Assembly: GCA_964506745.1 (NCBI GenBank)
Contig: CAZDLZ010000004.1
Span: 20,541 to 84,540 of the forward strand
Reading direction: 5' to 3'
DNA length: 64,000 bases
From: an uncultured Methanotrichaceae archaeon
GTDB lineage: Archaea; Halobacteriota; Methanosarcinia; Methanotrichales; Methanotrichaceae
Part shown: piece after piece, positions 1 to 10,074 of the stretch
Layout: the number at the start of each line of letters is the position of its first letter
Numbering within the stretch: the first letter of the stretch is position 1
Notes under the pieces: model-generated
Databases searched by the model: none
Told to the model about the DNA's origin: nothing
Seen by the model: the letters and a program-made list of their open reading frames with translations, nothing else
Position numbers and translations under genes: made by a program

Positions 1-641
1 TGCTCTCGCGCTATGTGCAGGGCATCACCGCTCGCGTCTATTCTCATAATACTGTGGTCCAGCTCGCTCAGCACTCTCGCGTGCCGGTGGTCAATGCTCT
101 CTCAGATTGGGAGCATCCGCTGCAAATTCTGGCCGACTTGCAGACTATGCGCCAGCGTTTTGGAAAGCTGGAAGGGCTGCGCCTCGCCTGGATCGGTGAC
201 GGAAACAATGTCTGCAACTCCCTCATCCTGGCTGCGGCCATTTTGGGAATGGAGATCACTGTGGCTTCGCCGCCAGGCTACCAGCCAAAGGCCCAAATAT
301 TAGAACAGGCGAAGAGGCTAGAAGGTCGGCCAGTGATAGTGGAAGAGCCGGATGATGCAGCCAGAGGCGCGGACGTTCTGGTCACCGACACCTGGGTCTC
401 CATGGGAGATGAGGGCGAAGAGGCGGAGCGCCTGCGGGTATTCAGCAAGTACCAGGTGAATGCCGCTCTCATGAGTCTGGCTGCCCCAGGGGCAGTGGCC
501 CTGCACTGTCTGCCTGCCCACAGGGGGCAGGAGATCACAGACGAGGTGATGGACGGGCCGCAGTCTGCCGTATTCGATGAGGCGGAGAACAGGATGCACA
601 CCAGCAAGGCGGTCATGGCCTGGCTGATGGGCAAAAGGTAA
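1..641 (+). CDS. argF: ornithine carbamoyltransferase, C-terminal ~210 aa (5' end outside window)
   Basis: The frame of ORF 15..641 stays open to the window edge. TDTWVSMG and HCLPAHRGQE motifs are typical of OTCase. Confidence 0.9.
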   Translation, partial: LSRYVQGITARVYSHNTVVQLAQHSRVPVVNALSDWEHPLQILADLQTMRQRFGKLEGLRLAWIGDGNNVCNSLILAAAILGMEITVASPPGYQPKAQILEQAKRLEGRPVIVEEPDDAARGADVLVTDTWVSMGDEGEEAERLRVFSKYQVNAALMSLAAPGAVALHCLPAHRGQEITDEVMDGPQSAVFDEAENRMHTSKAVMAWLMGKR

Positions 642-650
642 AGAACACAA

Positions 651-733
651 GCGGGGGTTGCCAAGTGGTTAAAGGCGCAGGGCTTAGGACCCTGTCACGA
701 AGGTGTTCGCGGGTTCGACTCCCGTCCCCCGCA
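651..733 (+). tRNA. tRNA-Leu, anticodon TAG (class II, long variable arm), no encoded CCA
   Basis: Cloverleaf folded by hand. Acceptor GCGGGGG/CCCCCGC with discriminator A; anticodon stem CAGGG/CCCTG with loop CTTAGGA; variable-arm hairpin CAC-GAAG-GTG; T-loop TTCGACT. Confidence 0.9.
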
Positions 734-890
734 CTAAATTACTAGTAAAGCATTTATGCCATGTGGCGTATTTATTCTAATATAGGTGGATAAGAGCCCG
801 AGAGACTCGTAATGAGAACGGCTCAAAAGGGTAGTGTGCCGGATTTTCTGTAAATTGGTCGGCCCTGTTATCCCACAAGTTAATCCGTAT

Positions 891-917
891 CTATTCAAGC
901 AGATTATAATTGAATAG
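891..917 (-). terminator. 8-bp hairpin 13 nt downstream of the truA stop
   Basis: CTATTCAA (891-898) and TTGAATAG (910-917) are perfect complements with an 11-nt loop. A terminator role is not demonstrated. Confidence 0.25.
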
Positions 918-929
918 AATTGCGAAATA

Positions 930-1736
930 TTAGTACCTCTTCTCGGTCATCGCCATTTTCATCTCCCTGGCCACCATCGCTTTCGCCATCCTGCTCTGCA
1001 CTGTTGCCGCCAGTACGTTGGCCGCCCGCGCCTGGGAGTACTTGTCCACCTGCCATTCCAGCCCCTCGTAGCCCACATCCATGAGGATCAGCCCCTCCGC
1101 AAGAGCCGTCGGAGCGCCGTGATTCAGCTCCGGGCGGAGGAGATCTGAGAACCAGATCATGTCCTTCTGGCCCGCTCCCACCTTCTCCAGAGCGCCTATG
1201 ATCTTTCGCACCATATTCCAGAGAAAGCCGTTGGCCCGAATGTCGAAGATGAAGAGCCCGCTCTGCTCGGAGATCTCCAATTTTTGCACTGTCTTCACCG
1301 TATCCACCTTGGCTGAAGAGAAGTTCCGGAAATCATGCTCGCCCAAGAGCATCTCCGCCGCAGCGTGCATCTTCTCCATATCCAGGCCCGGATGCCATAA
1401 GAGATAGCGATACTCTCGCCACTGGGCATTCCAGCGGGCTGAAAAACCCACCGGGGCTTGGGCCCAGGCCCAGGTCCAGATGTCACGGGGCAGCCGGCCG
1501 TTCACGCAGCGCGGGCGAGCTAACTTGGCCTTGTCCTCATCGATCCAAAAATCGATCACCTGGCCCAGCGCCGAGACTCCCCGGTCCGTTCTGCCTGCGT
1601 AGCAGAAGTCGCCGTGAATGACGCCAATTTGGGCCAGCGCTTTCCTAACCACGAAATCGATTGTGATCCTGTCCGGCTGCTTCTGAAAGCCGTAGTAGTT
1701 GTCGCCCAGGTAGGCGAGCTTGAGTGCAATCTTCAT
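930..1736 (-). CDS. truA: tRNA pseudouridine synthase A
   Basis: MKIALKLAYLGDNYYGFQ N-terminus and the RTDRGVSA catalytic-Asp motif. The start is placed at ATG 1736, so the first 19 codons of the track ORF are treated as an upstream extension. Confidence 0.85.
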   Translation of the reverse strand: MKIALKLAYLGDNYYGFQKQPDRITIDFVVRKALAQIGVIHGDFCYAGRTDRGVSALGQVIDFWIDEDKAKLARPRCVNGRLPRDIWTWAWAQAPVGFSARWNAQWREYRYLLWHPGLDMEKMHAAAEMLLGEHDFRNFSSAKVDTVKTVQKLEISEQSGLFIFDIRANGFLWNMVRKIIGALEKVGAGQKDMIWFSDLLRPELNHGAPTALAEGLILMDVGYEGLEWQVDKYSQARAANVLAATVQSRMAKAMVAREMKMAMTEKRY

Positions 1737-1844
1737 CCAATTTATCCCAGAAATCTTCGTCTTTGTGACTTTGTGTATTTGTGGTGAACACAACGAAACT
1801 TAACCATAAAGGCACAAAGACACAAAGCGAAATTACTATCTTAA

Positions 1845-3134
1845 CTAAACCTCTCTGGGGTCAGTGATGTACCCGGTGATGGCGCTCGCTCCTGCCGTGG
1901 CAGGTGAGCAGAGATAGACAAACGCCTGGGGGCTGCCCTGTCGGCCTACGAAGTTTCGGTTTGATGTGGAAAGGCATCGCTCGCCCGCGCCCAGCAGGCC
2001 GAAGCTTCCACCCATGCATGGTCCGCAGCAGGCCGACTCAAACATGGCGCCTGCCTGCATGAACTTCTCTATGAGGCCTGCATGCAAACATTTCATGTAC
2101 TCCTCCCGGCTGGCCGGCACCACGATCATTCGCACGCCCTTGGCTACAGGCTCGCCCTTCATCATCTGCGAGGCCTGCAGGAGATCTTCGAATCGGCCGT
2201 TAGTGCACGATCCCAGGAACACCTGATCAAGCTTTGTCTCCGGTACCTCGCTTACCGGCAATACATTATCCACGTTGTGGGGCATGGCAATTTGCGGCTC
2301 CAGATCGCTGACATTCCAGCTCCTCCTGGCAAAGGTCGCATCCTCATCGGTTCGCACAATTCCTTCTCGAACGGCAGCCTTGTCCTTCACCCGGTTCTCC
2401 AGGTACTTTATGGCGGTCTCGTCCGTCTCGAAGATGCCGGCCTTGGCCCCCATCTCAATGGCCATGTTGGATACCGTCATCCTCTCCGGGATGCTCATCC
2501 TCGCCGCGGCCTCGCCCAGGAATTCACAGGCCAGATAGTTGGCTCCGTCCGCTCCTATGTCGCCGATGATCCTCAGTACTGCGTCCTTGGAGGTGATACG
2601 GTCTGGCAGCTTTCCTTCCATCATGATCTGCAAGGTTTTGGGCACCATGAACCAGAGCTTGCCCGTAGCAAAAACAGATGCCATGTCCGTAGATCCGACG
2701 CCTGTGGCGAAGGCCCCCAAAGCTCCATAGGTGCAGGTATGCGAGTCTGTGCCCAGGATGATTCGCCCTGGTAGCACATGTCCCTTCTCCGGCATGACCT
2801 GATGGCATACGCCGCAGAATATGTCATAGTTTAAGATGCCTTGCTCCTGCGCGAACTTGCGCAGCATGATGTGATTCTCCGCCGCCTTCAGGCTGTCCGC
2901 TGGAACCTGATGATCGAAGAGCAGGACGACTTTTGCAGGGTCCCATACACGGGCATCCCTGCCCGCTATCTCATAAAATCCCTTGACCGCCAGCGGGCCG
3001 GTGATGTCGTGAATCATGGCGCCATCTATGTCCGCCATGACGAATTCGCCAGCATGTACCTCTTTTGCTGCCGCTTTGGAAAATATCTTCTCAGACAGAG
3101 TTTGGCCACTCATGGCAAGGTCCATCTCATCCAT
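1845..3134 (-). CDS. aconitase-family dehydratase large subunit (3-isopropylmalate dehydratase / methanogen homoaconitase type)
   Basis: Fe-S ligand motifs GSCTNGR and CCGPCMGG, ~420 aa. LeuC and HacA cannot be separated by eye. An alternative start is ATG 3113. Confidence 0.85.
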   Translation of the reverse strand: MDEMDLAMSGQTLSEKIFSKAAAKEVHAGEFVMADIDGAMIHDITGPLAVKGFYEIAGRDARVWDPAKVVLLFDHQVPADSLKAAENHIMLRKFAQEQGILNYDIFCGVCHQVMPEKGHVLPGRIILGTDSHTCTYGALGAFATGVGSTDMASVFATGKLWFMVPKTLQIMMEGKLPDRITSKDAVLRIIGDIGADGANYLACEFLGEAAARMSIPERMTVSNMAIEMGAKAGIFETDETAIKYLENRVKDKAAVREGIVRTDEDATFARRSWNVSDLEPQIAMPHNVDNVLPVSEVPETKLDQVFLGSCTNGRFEDLLQASQMMKGEPVAKGVRMIVVPASREEYMKCLHAGLIEKFMQAGAMFESACCGPCMGGSFGLLGAGERCLSTSNRNFVGRQGSPQAFVYLCSPATAGASAITGYITDPREV

Positions 3135-3222
3135 GATAAATAAATCCTTACCTTGCAGCTAGAATAATATCAAACGAAAATTCATGAGATCCTTTCAAAG
3201 CCTTTAAATAAATCCGATAATA

Positions 3223-3250
3223 CCACAATGTACACAAGATTACATTGTAG
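3223..3250 (+). promoter_or_regulatory. imperfect 10-bp inverted repeat between a TATA-like box (TTTAAATA 3203-3210) and the trpB2 start
   Basis: CCACAATGTA (3223-3232) and TACATTGTAG (3241-3250) match at 9 of 10 complementary positions with an 8-nt spacer. Confidence 0.25.
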
Positions 3251-3271
3251 TTTAAAGATGGAGTGTCCCAG

Positions 3272-4624
3272 ATGAAGATCAAGTATTTGCTCGACGAGGA
3301 AGAGATCCCCAAGAAGTGGTACAACGTAGCCGCAGACATGCCCACGCCCCTGGACCCGCCTCTGCATCCCGGGACGCTAAAGCCTCTCTCAGCCGCTGAC
3401 ATGGAGATGATCTTTCCCAAAGCTCTCATCCAACAGGAGATGAGCACAGATCGCTGGATAGACATACCGGAAGAGGTACGCGACATTTACCGGCTCTGGA
3501 GGCCCACGCCTCTTTACCGGGCCGCTGCTCTCGAGAAGGCTTTGCAGACCCCTGCCAAGATCTACTACAAATATGAGGGCGTAAGCCCGGCTGGCAGTCA
3601 CAAGCCCAATACGGCAGTACCTCAGGCCTACTACAACATGATGGAGGGCATAGAGCGCCTGGCTACGGAGACGGGCGCCGGGCAGTGGGGCTCGGCTCTC
3701 TCTTTGGCCACCTGCCTCTTTGGCCTGAAGTGCACCGTTTACATGGTCCGATCAAGCTTCGACAGCAAGCCCTACCGTAAGAGCGCCATGCGCGTCTGGG
3801 GCGCAGATTGCTTTGCCAGCCCCTCCGATAAAACAAATTTCGGCAGAAAGATCCTGGCCGAGATGCCAAATACGCCCGGATCGTTAGGCATCGCCATCTC
3901 CGAGGCGGTGGAGGACGCGGCCAGCCACAGTGATACCAATTATGCCCTGGGCTCGGTGCTTAACCACGTCCTGATACACCAGTCCGTGGAGGGCCTGGAG
4001 CTCAAGAAGCAGTTTGATCTGGCAGACGACTATCCGGATGTCATGTACGGATGCTGCGGTGGTGGAAGCAATTTCCCGGGTATGATCTTCCCCTTCATAC
4101 CTGATAAGATGAAAGACAAGAAGGATCTGCGCATGGTGGCCTGCGAACCTACAGCCTGCCCCACACTTACCAAGGGGCTTTACGCCTATGACTTCGGTGA
4201 CACAGCCGGCATGGCACCGGTGATCAAGATGTACACACTGGGGCATGACTTCATTCCGCCCGGCATCCATGCCGGAGGCCTGCGCTACCATGGCGATGCC
4301 CCCCTGCTCTGCAATCTGGTGCATGACGGTCTGATCGAGGCGACGGCTCTGCAGCAGACTGAGGTCTTCGAAGCTGCCACTCTGTTCGCCCGGTGCGAAG
4401 GCATAATCCCTGCACCGGAGGCAGCGCACGCTATCAAGCCCGCCATTGATGAAGCGCGAAGGTGCAAGAAGACGGGCGAGGCCAAGACCATCTTCATCTC
4501 TCTGTCCGGACACGGTCACTTCGATCTGGCGGCCTACGATGCTTACAACGATGGCAAGTTGGTGGATTACGAATATCCGGCAGATCTGGTCAAGCAGTCT
4601 CTGGCCAAGTTACCAAAGGTTTGA
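3272..4624 (+). CDS. trpB2: TrpB2-type tryptophan synthase beta-like PLP enzyme
   Basis: IPKKWYN N-terminal extension and the [11 protein letters not shown]-lysine motif. GGAG lies 8 nt upstream of ATG 3272; the track start, GTG 3263, is less likely. Confidence 0.85.
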   Translation: MKIKYLLDEEEIPKKWYNVAADMPTPLDPPLHPGTLKPLSAADMEMIFPKALIQQEMSTDRWIDIPEEVRDIYRLWRPTPLYRAAALEKALQTPAKIYYKYEGVSPAGSHKPNTAVPQAYYNMMEGIERLATETGAGQWGSALSLATCLFGLKCTVYMVRSSFDSKPYRKSAMRVWGADCFASPSDKTNFGRKILAEMPNTPGSLGIAISEAVEDAASHSDTNYALGSVLNHVLIHQSVEGLELKKQFDLADDYPDVMYGCCGGGSNFPGMIFPFIPDKMKDKKDLRMVACEPTACPTLTKGLYAYDFGDTAGMAPVIKMYTLGHDFIPPGIHAGGLRYHGDAPLLCNLVHDGLIEATALQQTEVFEAATLFARCEGIIPAPEAAHAIKPAIDEARRCKKTGEAKTIFISLSGHGHFDLAAYDAYNDGKLVDYEYPADLVKQSLAKLPKV

Positions 4625-5754
4625 TGGCTGCAAGAGTCGGAAAGATAGGATTTCTCATCAATCCCATAGCTGGCATGGGTGGTGCAGTAGGCCTTAAAGG
4701 CACGGACGGCCTGGCGGCTGTTGCCCGAGCCAGAGGCGCGAAGCCTCTGGCAGCAGAGAGAGCCAAGGCCTGTCTGCATCTTTTCTACCCAGAGAAGGAA
4801 AAACTCCTCTTTTTTGCCGCCAGCGGCGAGATGGGTGAAGATGAACTGCTGCAATGCGGCCTGCCATGCACTGTGGCCTACGAAGCGGGAGTTTTGTCCA
4901 GCTCCCAGGATACGCGGCTTGCTTGCCAGGCCTTCCTGGAAAAAGGCGTCGATTTGATTATATTTTGCGGTGGTGACGGAACGGCCCGCGATGTTGCCAG
5001 CGTCGCCTGCATGCAGCCCATCCTGGGCATACCGGCAGGGGTGAAGATGCAATCCGGTGTCTTTGCCGTCAGTCCCCAGGCGGCAGCAGAGCTGGCTCTG
5101 GGATTCTTGCGGGGCGAGCTACTGGCAAGAGAGACGGAGATCGTGGATGTGGATGAGGAACTCTACCGGGCCGGAGAGCTGCAGACCAGGCTTTATGCCA
5201 TAGCAAGGACACCCTACCAGCCTGTGCTGGTGCAGGAGCGAAAGAGGATCTACAGCTCCTCAAACGAAGAGGAGTTCAAGGATCAGATCGCATTCTTTGC
5301 CTCCGAATTCATGAGGGACGGCTCAGCCTACATCCTGGGTGCGGGAACTACCACTGCCCGGATTGCCGAGCATCAGGGACTGGAAAAGACGCTTCTTGGC
5401 GTCGATGTTGTTATGGGGGGAAAGCTTCTCCTTAAGGACGCCTCCGAAGAGGATCTTTTGGCTTTTCTTGATCGGGAAAAGAGCGTCAAAATCATTGTCA
5501 GCCCTATTGGCGCCCAGGGCTTCATACTGGGCCGGGGCAGCCAGCAGATAAGCGCTTCTGTCCTGCGGCGCGTAGGTGAGGCGAATTTGATAATCGTATC
5601 CACGCCCCATAAGCTGGCTGAGCTGCAGCAGCTATTAGTGGATACAGGAGATATGCAGATGGATGGAATCCTGGCCGGGAAGAGAATGGTGGTCACGGGA
5701 TATCGCATAGCGCAGAGAAAAGAGACTGTGGCTGCATCAGGGCTGCATATATAA
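4624..5754 (+). CDS. ATP-NAD kinase family protein (AcoX/COG3199-like)
   Basis: IGFLINPIAGMGG and CGGDGT motifs. ATG 4624 overlaps the trpB2 TGA by 1 nt. The upstream part of track ORF 4462.. overlaps trpB2 and is rejected. Confidence 0.7.
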   Translation: MAARVGKIGFLINPIAGMGGAVGLKGTDGLAAVARARGAKPLAAERAKACLHLFYPEKEKLLFFAASGEMGEDELLQCGLPCTVAYEAGVLSSSQDTRLACQAFLEKGVDLIIFCGGDGTARDVASVACMQPILGIPAGVKMQSGVFAVSPQAAAELALGFLRGELLARETEIVDVDEELYRAGELQTRLYAIARTPYQPVLVQERKRIYSSSNEEEFKDQIAFFASEFMRDGSAYILGAGTTTARIAEHQGLEKTLLGVDVVMGGKLLLKDASEEDLLAFLDREKSVKIIVSPIGAQGFILGRGSQQISASVLRRVGEANLIIVSTPHKLAELQQLLVDTGDMQMDGILAGKRMVVTGYRIAQRKETVAASGLHI

Positions 5755-5755
5755 T

Positions 5756-5935
5756 CTATTGTGTATAATATTGCCATGCTCTTATAATGTATTTCCCGTA
5801 TAGGATCCAGATAAGAACAAAAATCCCAAAAATAATATAGAGGTTGGTGATGTACACCAACCACTGAAGAAGACGCATCTTCTTCTCAGCCGTTCCAAAC
5901 CAGTCCTCTGCTTTTCGCTCAAACCAGTTGGACAT
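5756..5935 (-). CDS. hypothetical 59-aa single-pass membrane protein
   Basis: Hand-translated as MSNWFERKAEDWFGTAEKKMRLLQWLVYITNLYIIFGIFVLIWILYGKYIIRAWQYYTQ. It is below the ORF-track size cut-off, lies 10 nt downstream of atpD, and has no clear RBS. Confidence 0.3.
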   Translation of the reverse strand: MSNWFERKAEDWFGTAEKKMRLLQWLVYITNLYIIFGIFVLIWILYGKYIIRAWQYYTQ

Positions 5936-5945
5936 TTTGTTCTGA

Positions 5946-6647
5946 TCAAGCAGATGCTTTAGCAGTAGACGCTGCTAATTTCTCTGCTTCCTTCTTAGCT
6001 TCTTCTGCTGCGGCTTTCCTCTCGGACTTGCCCTTGAGCATCTTCATCTTGACCAGGTTGTCCCTTTCCATCTCCTCCAAGGCCATGCCAATGAACTTGA
6101 TGGTGTCCTTGAGGTCAGGAACCACCTTGAACTCCAGAGCATTAACACGCCTCTTGGTGCTGTCGATATCCTCGACGAGCCTTATCATGGCGGTCTCTAC
6201 CTCTGCAGCTAAGATGATCTTATCCAGCAACTTCTCATAGGCATCAGCTGCCTCATCAATGGCTGCACTGGTCCCAATGATGCCGTAGCCTCGCTCGAAC
6301 ATCTTCTTTTGCACGGCCTCTGCCGCGATCTTGGGAACCACTACACCCATGATGTTTCTGGATTCAAGCTGGATGATAGGCTCTTTTTGCAGGGAATAGG
6401 CCACGCTTCCGATGGTAACTGTTCCCTCGATGGCCATAGCCATTTGGAGTCTCTGCTCGGCTATGATCAGAGCCTCAACCAGCTCTTTCCTGACTGTCTT
6501 GGCCTTGGCTAGCACCTCGAAGAACTCAATCATGAGGCCGTCACGCTTCATTTTGAGGAGCGAATGACCAGTTTTCGCGATCTTCATCCTTTTTTTGAGA
6601 GCGATCAGCACTGCTCTGGTCGGTTTAGTTCCTCGAATTACAGGCAT
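5946..6647 (-). CDS. atpD: A-type ATP synthase subunit D
   Basis: MPVIRGTKPTRAVLIALKKR start at ATG 6647, 4 nt after the atpB stop. Coiled-coil-rich, 233 aa, last gene of the operon. Confidence 0.9.
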   Translation of the reverse strand: MPVIRGTKPTRAVLIALKKRMKIAKTGHSLLKMKRDGLMIEFFEVLAKAKTVRKELVEALIIAEQRLQMAMAIEGTVTIGSVAYSLQKEPIIQLESRNIMGVVVPKIAAEAVQKKMFERGYGIIGTSAAIDEAADAYEKLLDKIILAAEVETAMIRLVEDIDSTKRRVNALEFKVVPDLKDTIKFIGMALEEMERDNLVKMKMLKGKSERKAAAEEAKKEAEKLAASTAKASA

Positions 6648-6651
6648 GATC

Positions 6652-8040
6652 TCACTTCTTCGCTGCGCTTGCCGCGTACTTGGGGTGGTATTGCTTGATG
6701 TATTTATCGTCAATCCTGGTGAGCATTGCTTCCGGCAGGTCTGCCAGGAGATCCCATCCGATCTGGAGGGTATCGAAGATAGACCTATCCTCGTCTCTGC
6801 CCTGATTGACGAATCTCTTCTCGAACTTATCGGCGAACTCCAGGACCAGCTTATCACGTTCCGAGAGAGCCTCTTTGCCGACGATGGCCGCGAGACCGCG
6901 CAGATCGTTGCCCTCTGCATAATAAGCATAGAGCTGATCCGATACCGCCCTGTGATCTTCGCGAGTGTGACCCTTACCGATACCGGAGTTCATCAGCCGG
7001 GAAAGGGAGGGGCGAATGTCGACGGGTGGATAGATGCCCTTTCTGTGCAGCTCTCGGGAGATGAGGATCTGGCCCTCGGTGATGTACCCGGACAGATCCG
7101 GGATGGGATGGGTGATGTCATCGCCGGGCATGGTCAGGATGGGGAACTGAGTGATAGAGCCCTTTCTGCCCTTGATGATTCCTGCCCTCTCGTACTGAAT
7201 GGCCAGGTCTGTATACATGTATCCGGGATAGCCGCGTCGTCCAGGCACTTCTTCACGAGCTGCGCCCATCTGTCTGAGTGACTCGCAGTAGTTGGTCATG
7301 TCCGTGTAGATGATAAGCACGTGCATGTTCAGATCGAAGGCTAGATACTCAGCGGTGGTCAGGCCCAGCCTGGGTGTCAGAATCCTCTCTACAGCCGGGT
7401 CGTCGGCCAGGTTGAGGAAAACCACTGCTCTTTCCAGTGCGCCTGTTCTCTCGAAGTCAGCCAGGAAGTGCTGAGCTTCTTCGTTGGTGATGCCCATGGC
7501 GCAGAAGATAACTGCGAACGACTCGGCTTCACCGAGCGCCTTGGCCTGCCTTGCGATCTGCAAAGCAAGGTCGTTGTGGGGCAGACCTGCTCCAGAGAAG
7601 ATGGGCAGCTTCTGGCCGCGCACCAGTGTGTTAGTCCCGTCAATTGTGGATATGCCGGTCTGGATGAAAGCGCGCGGCTTCTCACGGGAAGCCGGATTGA
7701 TGGCAGCTCCTGCGATATCTCTCAATACCTCTGGAACAATTTCGGGCCCGCCGTCTCTGGGCTTTCCGGACCCGGATAGAACGCGTCCCACGATGCCGGG
7801 TGATAATGGCATCTTGATGACGTCTCCGGTGAAACTGACTGCGCTATCCTTGGACAGACCGCCGGTTCCTTCGAATACCTGAATAACCACGATCTCATCA
7901 GAGGAATCCAGCACCTGTCCTCTCTTGAGTTCTCCGCCAGTTCTGATCTCGACGAGTTCCATGTAGCCCACAGGCTCAGTCTTCTCCACGAAGATGAGTG
8001 GTCCGGAGATCTCAGTAATAGTCTTGTATTCCTTGGTCAT
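6652..8040 (-). CDS. atpB: A-type ATP synthase subunit B
   Basis: 462 aa with the typical A/V-type B subunit N-terminus ([19 protein letters not shown]). GGAGGG lies upstream. Confidence 0.95.
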   Translation of the reverse strand: MTKEYKTITEISGPLIFVEKTEPVGYMELVEIRTGGELKRGQVLDSSDEIVVIQVFEGTGGLSKDSAVSFTGDVIKMPLSPGIVGRVLSGSGKPRDGGPEIVPEVLRDIAGAAINPASREKPRAFIQTGISTIDGTNTLVRGQKLPIFSGAGLPHNDLALQIARQAKALGEAESFAVIFCAMGITNEEAQHFLADFERTGALERAVVFLNLADDPAVERILTPRLGLTTAEYLAFDLNMHVLIIYTDMTNYCESLRQMGAAREEVPGRRGYPGYMYTDLAIQYERAGIIKGRKGSITQFPILTMPGDDITHPIPDLSGYITEGQILISRELHRKGIYPPVDIRPSLSRLMNSGIGKGHTREDHRAVSDQLYAYYAEGNDLRGLAAIVGKEALSERDKLVLEFADKFEKRFVNQGRDEDRSIFDTLQIGWDLLADLPEAMLTRIDDKYIKQYHPKYAASAAKK

Positions 8041-8052
8041 TTTGAACCCTCC

Positions 8053-9783
8053 TCACTTCAGCGCCTTGAACTCGGCGTCCATCTGAGCCATAACCTTTGC
8101 CAGGATGGGCTCATACTCGGCTTCCAGCCTCACCTTGGCCAGAGCATCCTTGGATGGAACGGATGTAATCGCCGCCACAGGTATGCCCTTCTGGACTGCA
8201 TCGAAGGCATAATCTCTGTACTTCAAGATAGCCTCCAGGAGGTCAAACTGCTTCTTGTAGGGGGCAAAGGTATCCACCGGGTGGAATGCGCTCTGGGCCA
8301 GCCAGAAGTTGATGATCATCCTTGCCACTTCCAGTGTGACCTGCTGATCTTCGGGCAGGGCATCGGAACCGACGAGCATCACGATTTCTTCCAGCTCGGC
8401 ATTCTCCTGCAGAATGGCCATGGCGCGTCTCTTGTTCTTGTTCCAGTTCGGGCTGACATTCTCCACGAACCAGGGCTCCAGGATCTGGTCGTACAGGGAG
8501 TAGGAATCAAGCCAGTTGATGGACGGGAAATGCCTGCGCTGTGTCAGCTTGGAGTCCAGTGCCCAGAATACCTTGACCATTCTCAAAGTGTTCTGAGTGA
8601 CGGGCTCGGTGAAGTCTCCACCGGCTGGGGACACAGCACCAACGATGCTGACTGAACCCTGGCCGCCGTTGAGAACCTCAGCACGTCCGGCACGCTCGTA
8701 GAAGTCGGCAAGTCTGGCACCGAGGTATGCGGGATAGCCTTCCTCACCAGGCATCTCTTCCAGACGCGAGCCCATCTCTCTCATGGCCTCTGCCCACCTG
8801 GAAGTGGAGTCAGCAGTCATCAAGCAGTCGTAGCCCATGTCTCTGTAGTACTCTGCCGTGGTCATTCCGGTGTAAATGGATGCCTCACGAGCAGCCACAG
8901 GCATGTTGGAGGTATTGGCGTAAACGATGGACCTCTCCATGAGGGGTCTGCCTGTTCTGGGGTCCTGCAGCTCGGGGAACTCATGCAGCAGATCGGCCAT
9001 CTCATTGCCGCGCTCGCCGCATCCCACGTAAATCACAATGTCAACATCTGCCCACTTGGACAGGGTCTGCTGCATAACCGTCTTTCCGGTACCAAATCCG
9101 CCGGGGATGGCGGCAGTTCCGCCCTTGGCCAGGGAGAAGAACCCGTCCACTACCCTCTGTCCTGTTCTGAGGGGGATGGTGGGTGCCAGCTTTGCGGTCA
9201 CAGGTCGGGCCTGTCTTACCGGCCACTTATGCATCATGGTGAGCTTTGTCCCGTCTTCTAAGACGGCGATTGTCTCATCGACGGTGAAGTTTCCACCATA
9301 GATCTCCTTGATGGCGCCGCCCTTCATCTTGGGTGGGACCATGATCTTATGCTTGATGAGCAACTGCTCCTGGACTTCACCAAAGGCTTGCCCGGGCTTT
9401 AGAACATCGCCCTTCTTGGCTGTGGGCTTGAACTCCCACTTTTTCTTATGATCGATGCCGTCAACGAATAGGCCTCGGCTGATGAAGTCTCCCGACATCT
9501 CTGCAAGCTTTGGCAGCGGCCTTTGGATACCGTCGTAAATCTGGGTCAGAATGCCAGGACCCAGTTGTGCCACGAGTGGAGCCCCCGTCTCCTTAACGGG
9601 CTCGCCGGGCCGCACGCCGCCCGTATCCTCGTATACCTGAATGATATGTTTATTGCCGGAAATGCCGATGACTTCGCTCATCAGGCCTTCCTCGCCGACC
9701 AAGACCAGGTCGTACATGGAAGCCTTCAGGCCCACGGCCTGAACTAGTGGTCCGGCGACTCGCTTTACTTTCCCTACTTCCAT
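8053..9783 (-). CDS. atpA: A-type ATP synthase catalytic subunit A
   Basis: 576 aa with the P-loop GGFGTGKT. No intein-sized insertion is present. Confidence 0.95.
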   Translation of the reverse strand: MEVGKVKRVAGPLVQAVGLKASMYDLVLVGEEGLMSEVIGISGNKHIIQVYEDTGGVRPGEPVKETGAPLVAQLGPGILTQIYDGIQRPLPKLAEMSGDFISRGLFVDGIDHKKKWEFKPTAKKGDVLKPGQAFGEVQEQLLIKHKIMVPPKMKGGAIKEIYGGNFTVDETIAVLEDGTKLTMMHKWPVRQARPVTAKLAPTIPLRTGQRVVDGFFSLAKGGTAAIPGGFGTGKTVMQQTLSKWADVDIVIYVGCGERGNEMADLLHEFPELQDPRTGRPLMERSIVYANTSNMPVAAREASIYTGMTTAEYYRDMGYDCLMTADSTSRWAEAMREMGSRLEEMPGEEGYPAYLGARLADFYERAGRAEVLNGGQGSVSIVGAVSPAGGDFTEPVTQNTLRMVKVFWALDSKLTQRRHFPSINWLDSYSLYDQILEPWFVENVSPNWNKNKRRAMAILQENAELEEIVMLVGSDALPEDQQVTLEVARMIINFWLAQSAFHPVDTFAPYKKQFDLLEAILKYRDYAFDAVQKGIPVAAITSVPSKDALAKVRLEAEYEPILAKVMAQMDAEFKALK

Positions 9784-10073
9784 AAATCAACACCTATTGC
9801 CCTTTTAATCTTCTCTCTCATCTCTGTGCTCTGCTCGGTTCCGATGGCAACAATGGTAGGCTTAATAGACTCGGAAAGCTGCTCTTGAAGCCTCTTGGGC
9901 AGCATATTATAATCCGATTGTCTCAACACCAGAATTCCCACATTGGAATCAGCCATGACTGTGCCAATCTTTGAGACCAGTTCCTCTTCGGTGTTGGCCG
10001 CATAAGATTTCTTTATCCCTGCCAGATTGAACCCGAGGACGCTCTCGCTGCCTCCTACAAAAGCAATCTCCAT
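9774..10073 (-). CDS. atpF: A-type ATP synthase subunit F
   Basis: 99 aa, position in the operon, and a MEIAFVGGSESVLGF start. Confidence 0.85.
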   Translation of the reverse strand: MEIAFVGGSESVLGFNLAGIKKSYAANTEEELVSKIGTVMADSNVGILVLRQSDYNMLPKRLQEQLSESIKPTIVAIGTEQSTEMREKIKRAIGVDLWK

Positions 10074-10074
10074 C

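Noticed and set aside
651-930. tRNA-Leu as a possible integration site for a mobile element
   Set aside because: I found no second copy of the tRNA 3' end, no integrase, and the downstream genes are core housekeeping genes.
2082-2774. Long antisense or alternative-frame ORFs inside confident genes (e.g. 2082..2774, 3884..4519, 6595..7281, 18498..18932, 20442..20915, 24808..25344, 45343..45915, 45977..46663, 61678..62385, 61970..62692)
   Set aside because: These are shadow ORFs typical of GC-rich coding DNA. Their translations are Arg/Ser/Gly/Pro-rich without motifs, and every one is fully covered by a gene with clear family signatures on the other strand or frame.
4462-4623. Upstream extensions of track ORFs (4462.., 20890.., 27420.., 55270.., 15716..15763, 46829..46858, 28673..)
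   Set aside because: Each extension overlaps the preceding gene or lacks an RBS. An internal ATG preceded by a GGAG-type RBS, or overlapping the upstream stop, starts the recognisable protein family sequence.
5373-5864. 163-aa minus-strand ORF spanning the end of the NAD-kinase-like gene
   Set aside because: It mostly overlaps a confident plus-strand gene and has no recognisable features. The separate 59-codon ORF at 5756..5935 is in a different frame and is reported on its own at low confidence.
5946-6929. Track ORF giving a 327-aa AtpD with a long N-terminal extension
   Set aside because: The extension overlaps the 3' end of atpB in another frame and is low-complexity Ser/Arg-rich. MPVIRG at ATG 6647, 4 nt after the atpB stop, gives a normal 233-aa D subunit.
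8053-9783. Intein in the ATPase A subunit
   Set aside because: The length (576 aa) and the contiguous P-loop region are normal, with no insertion.
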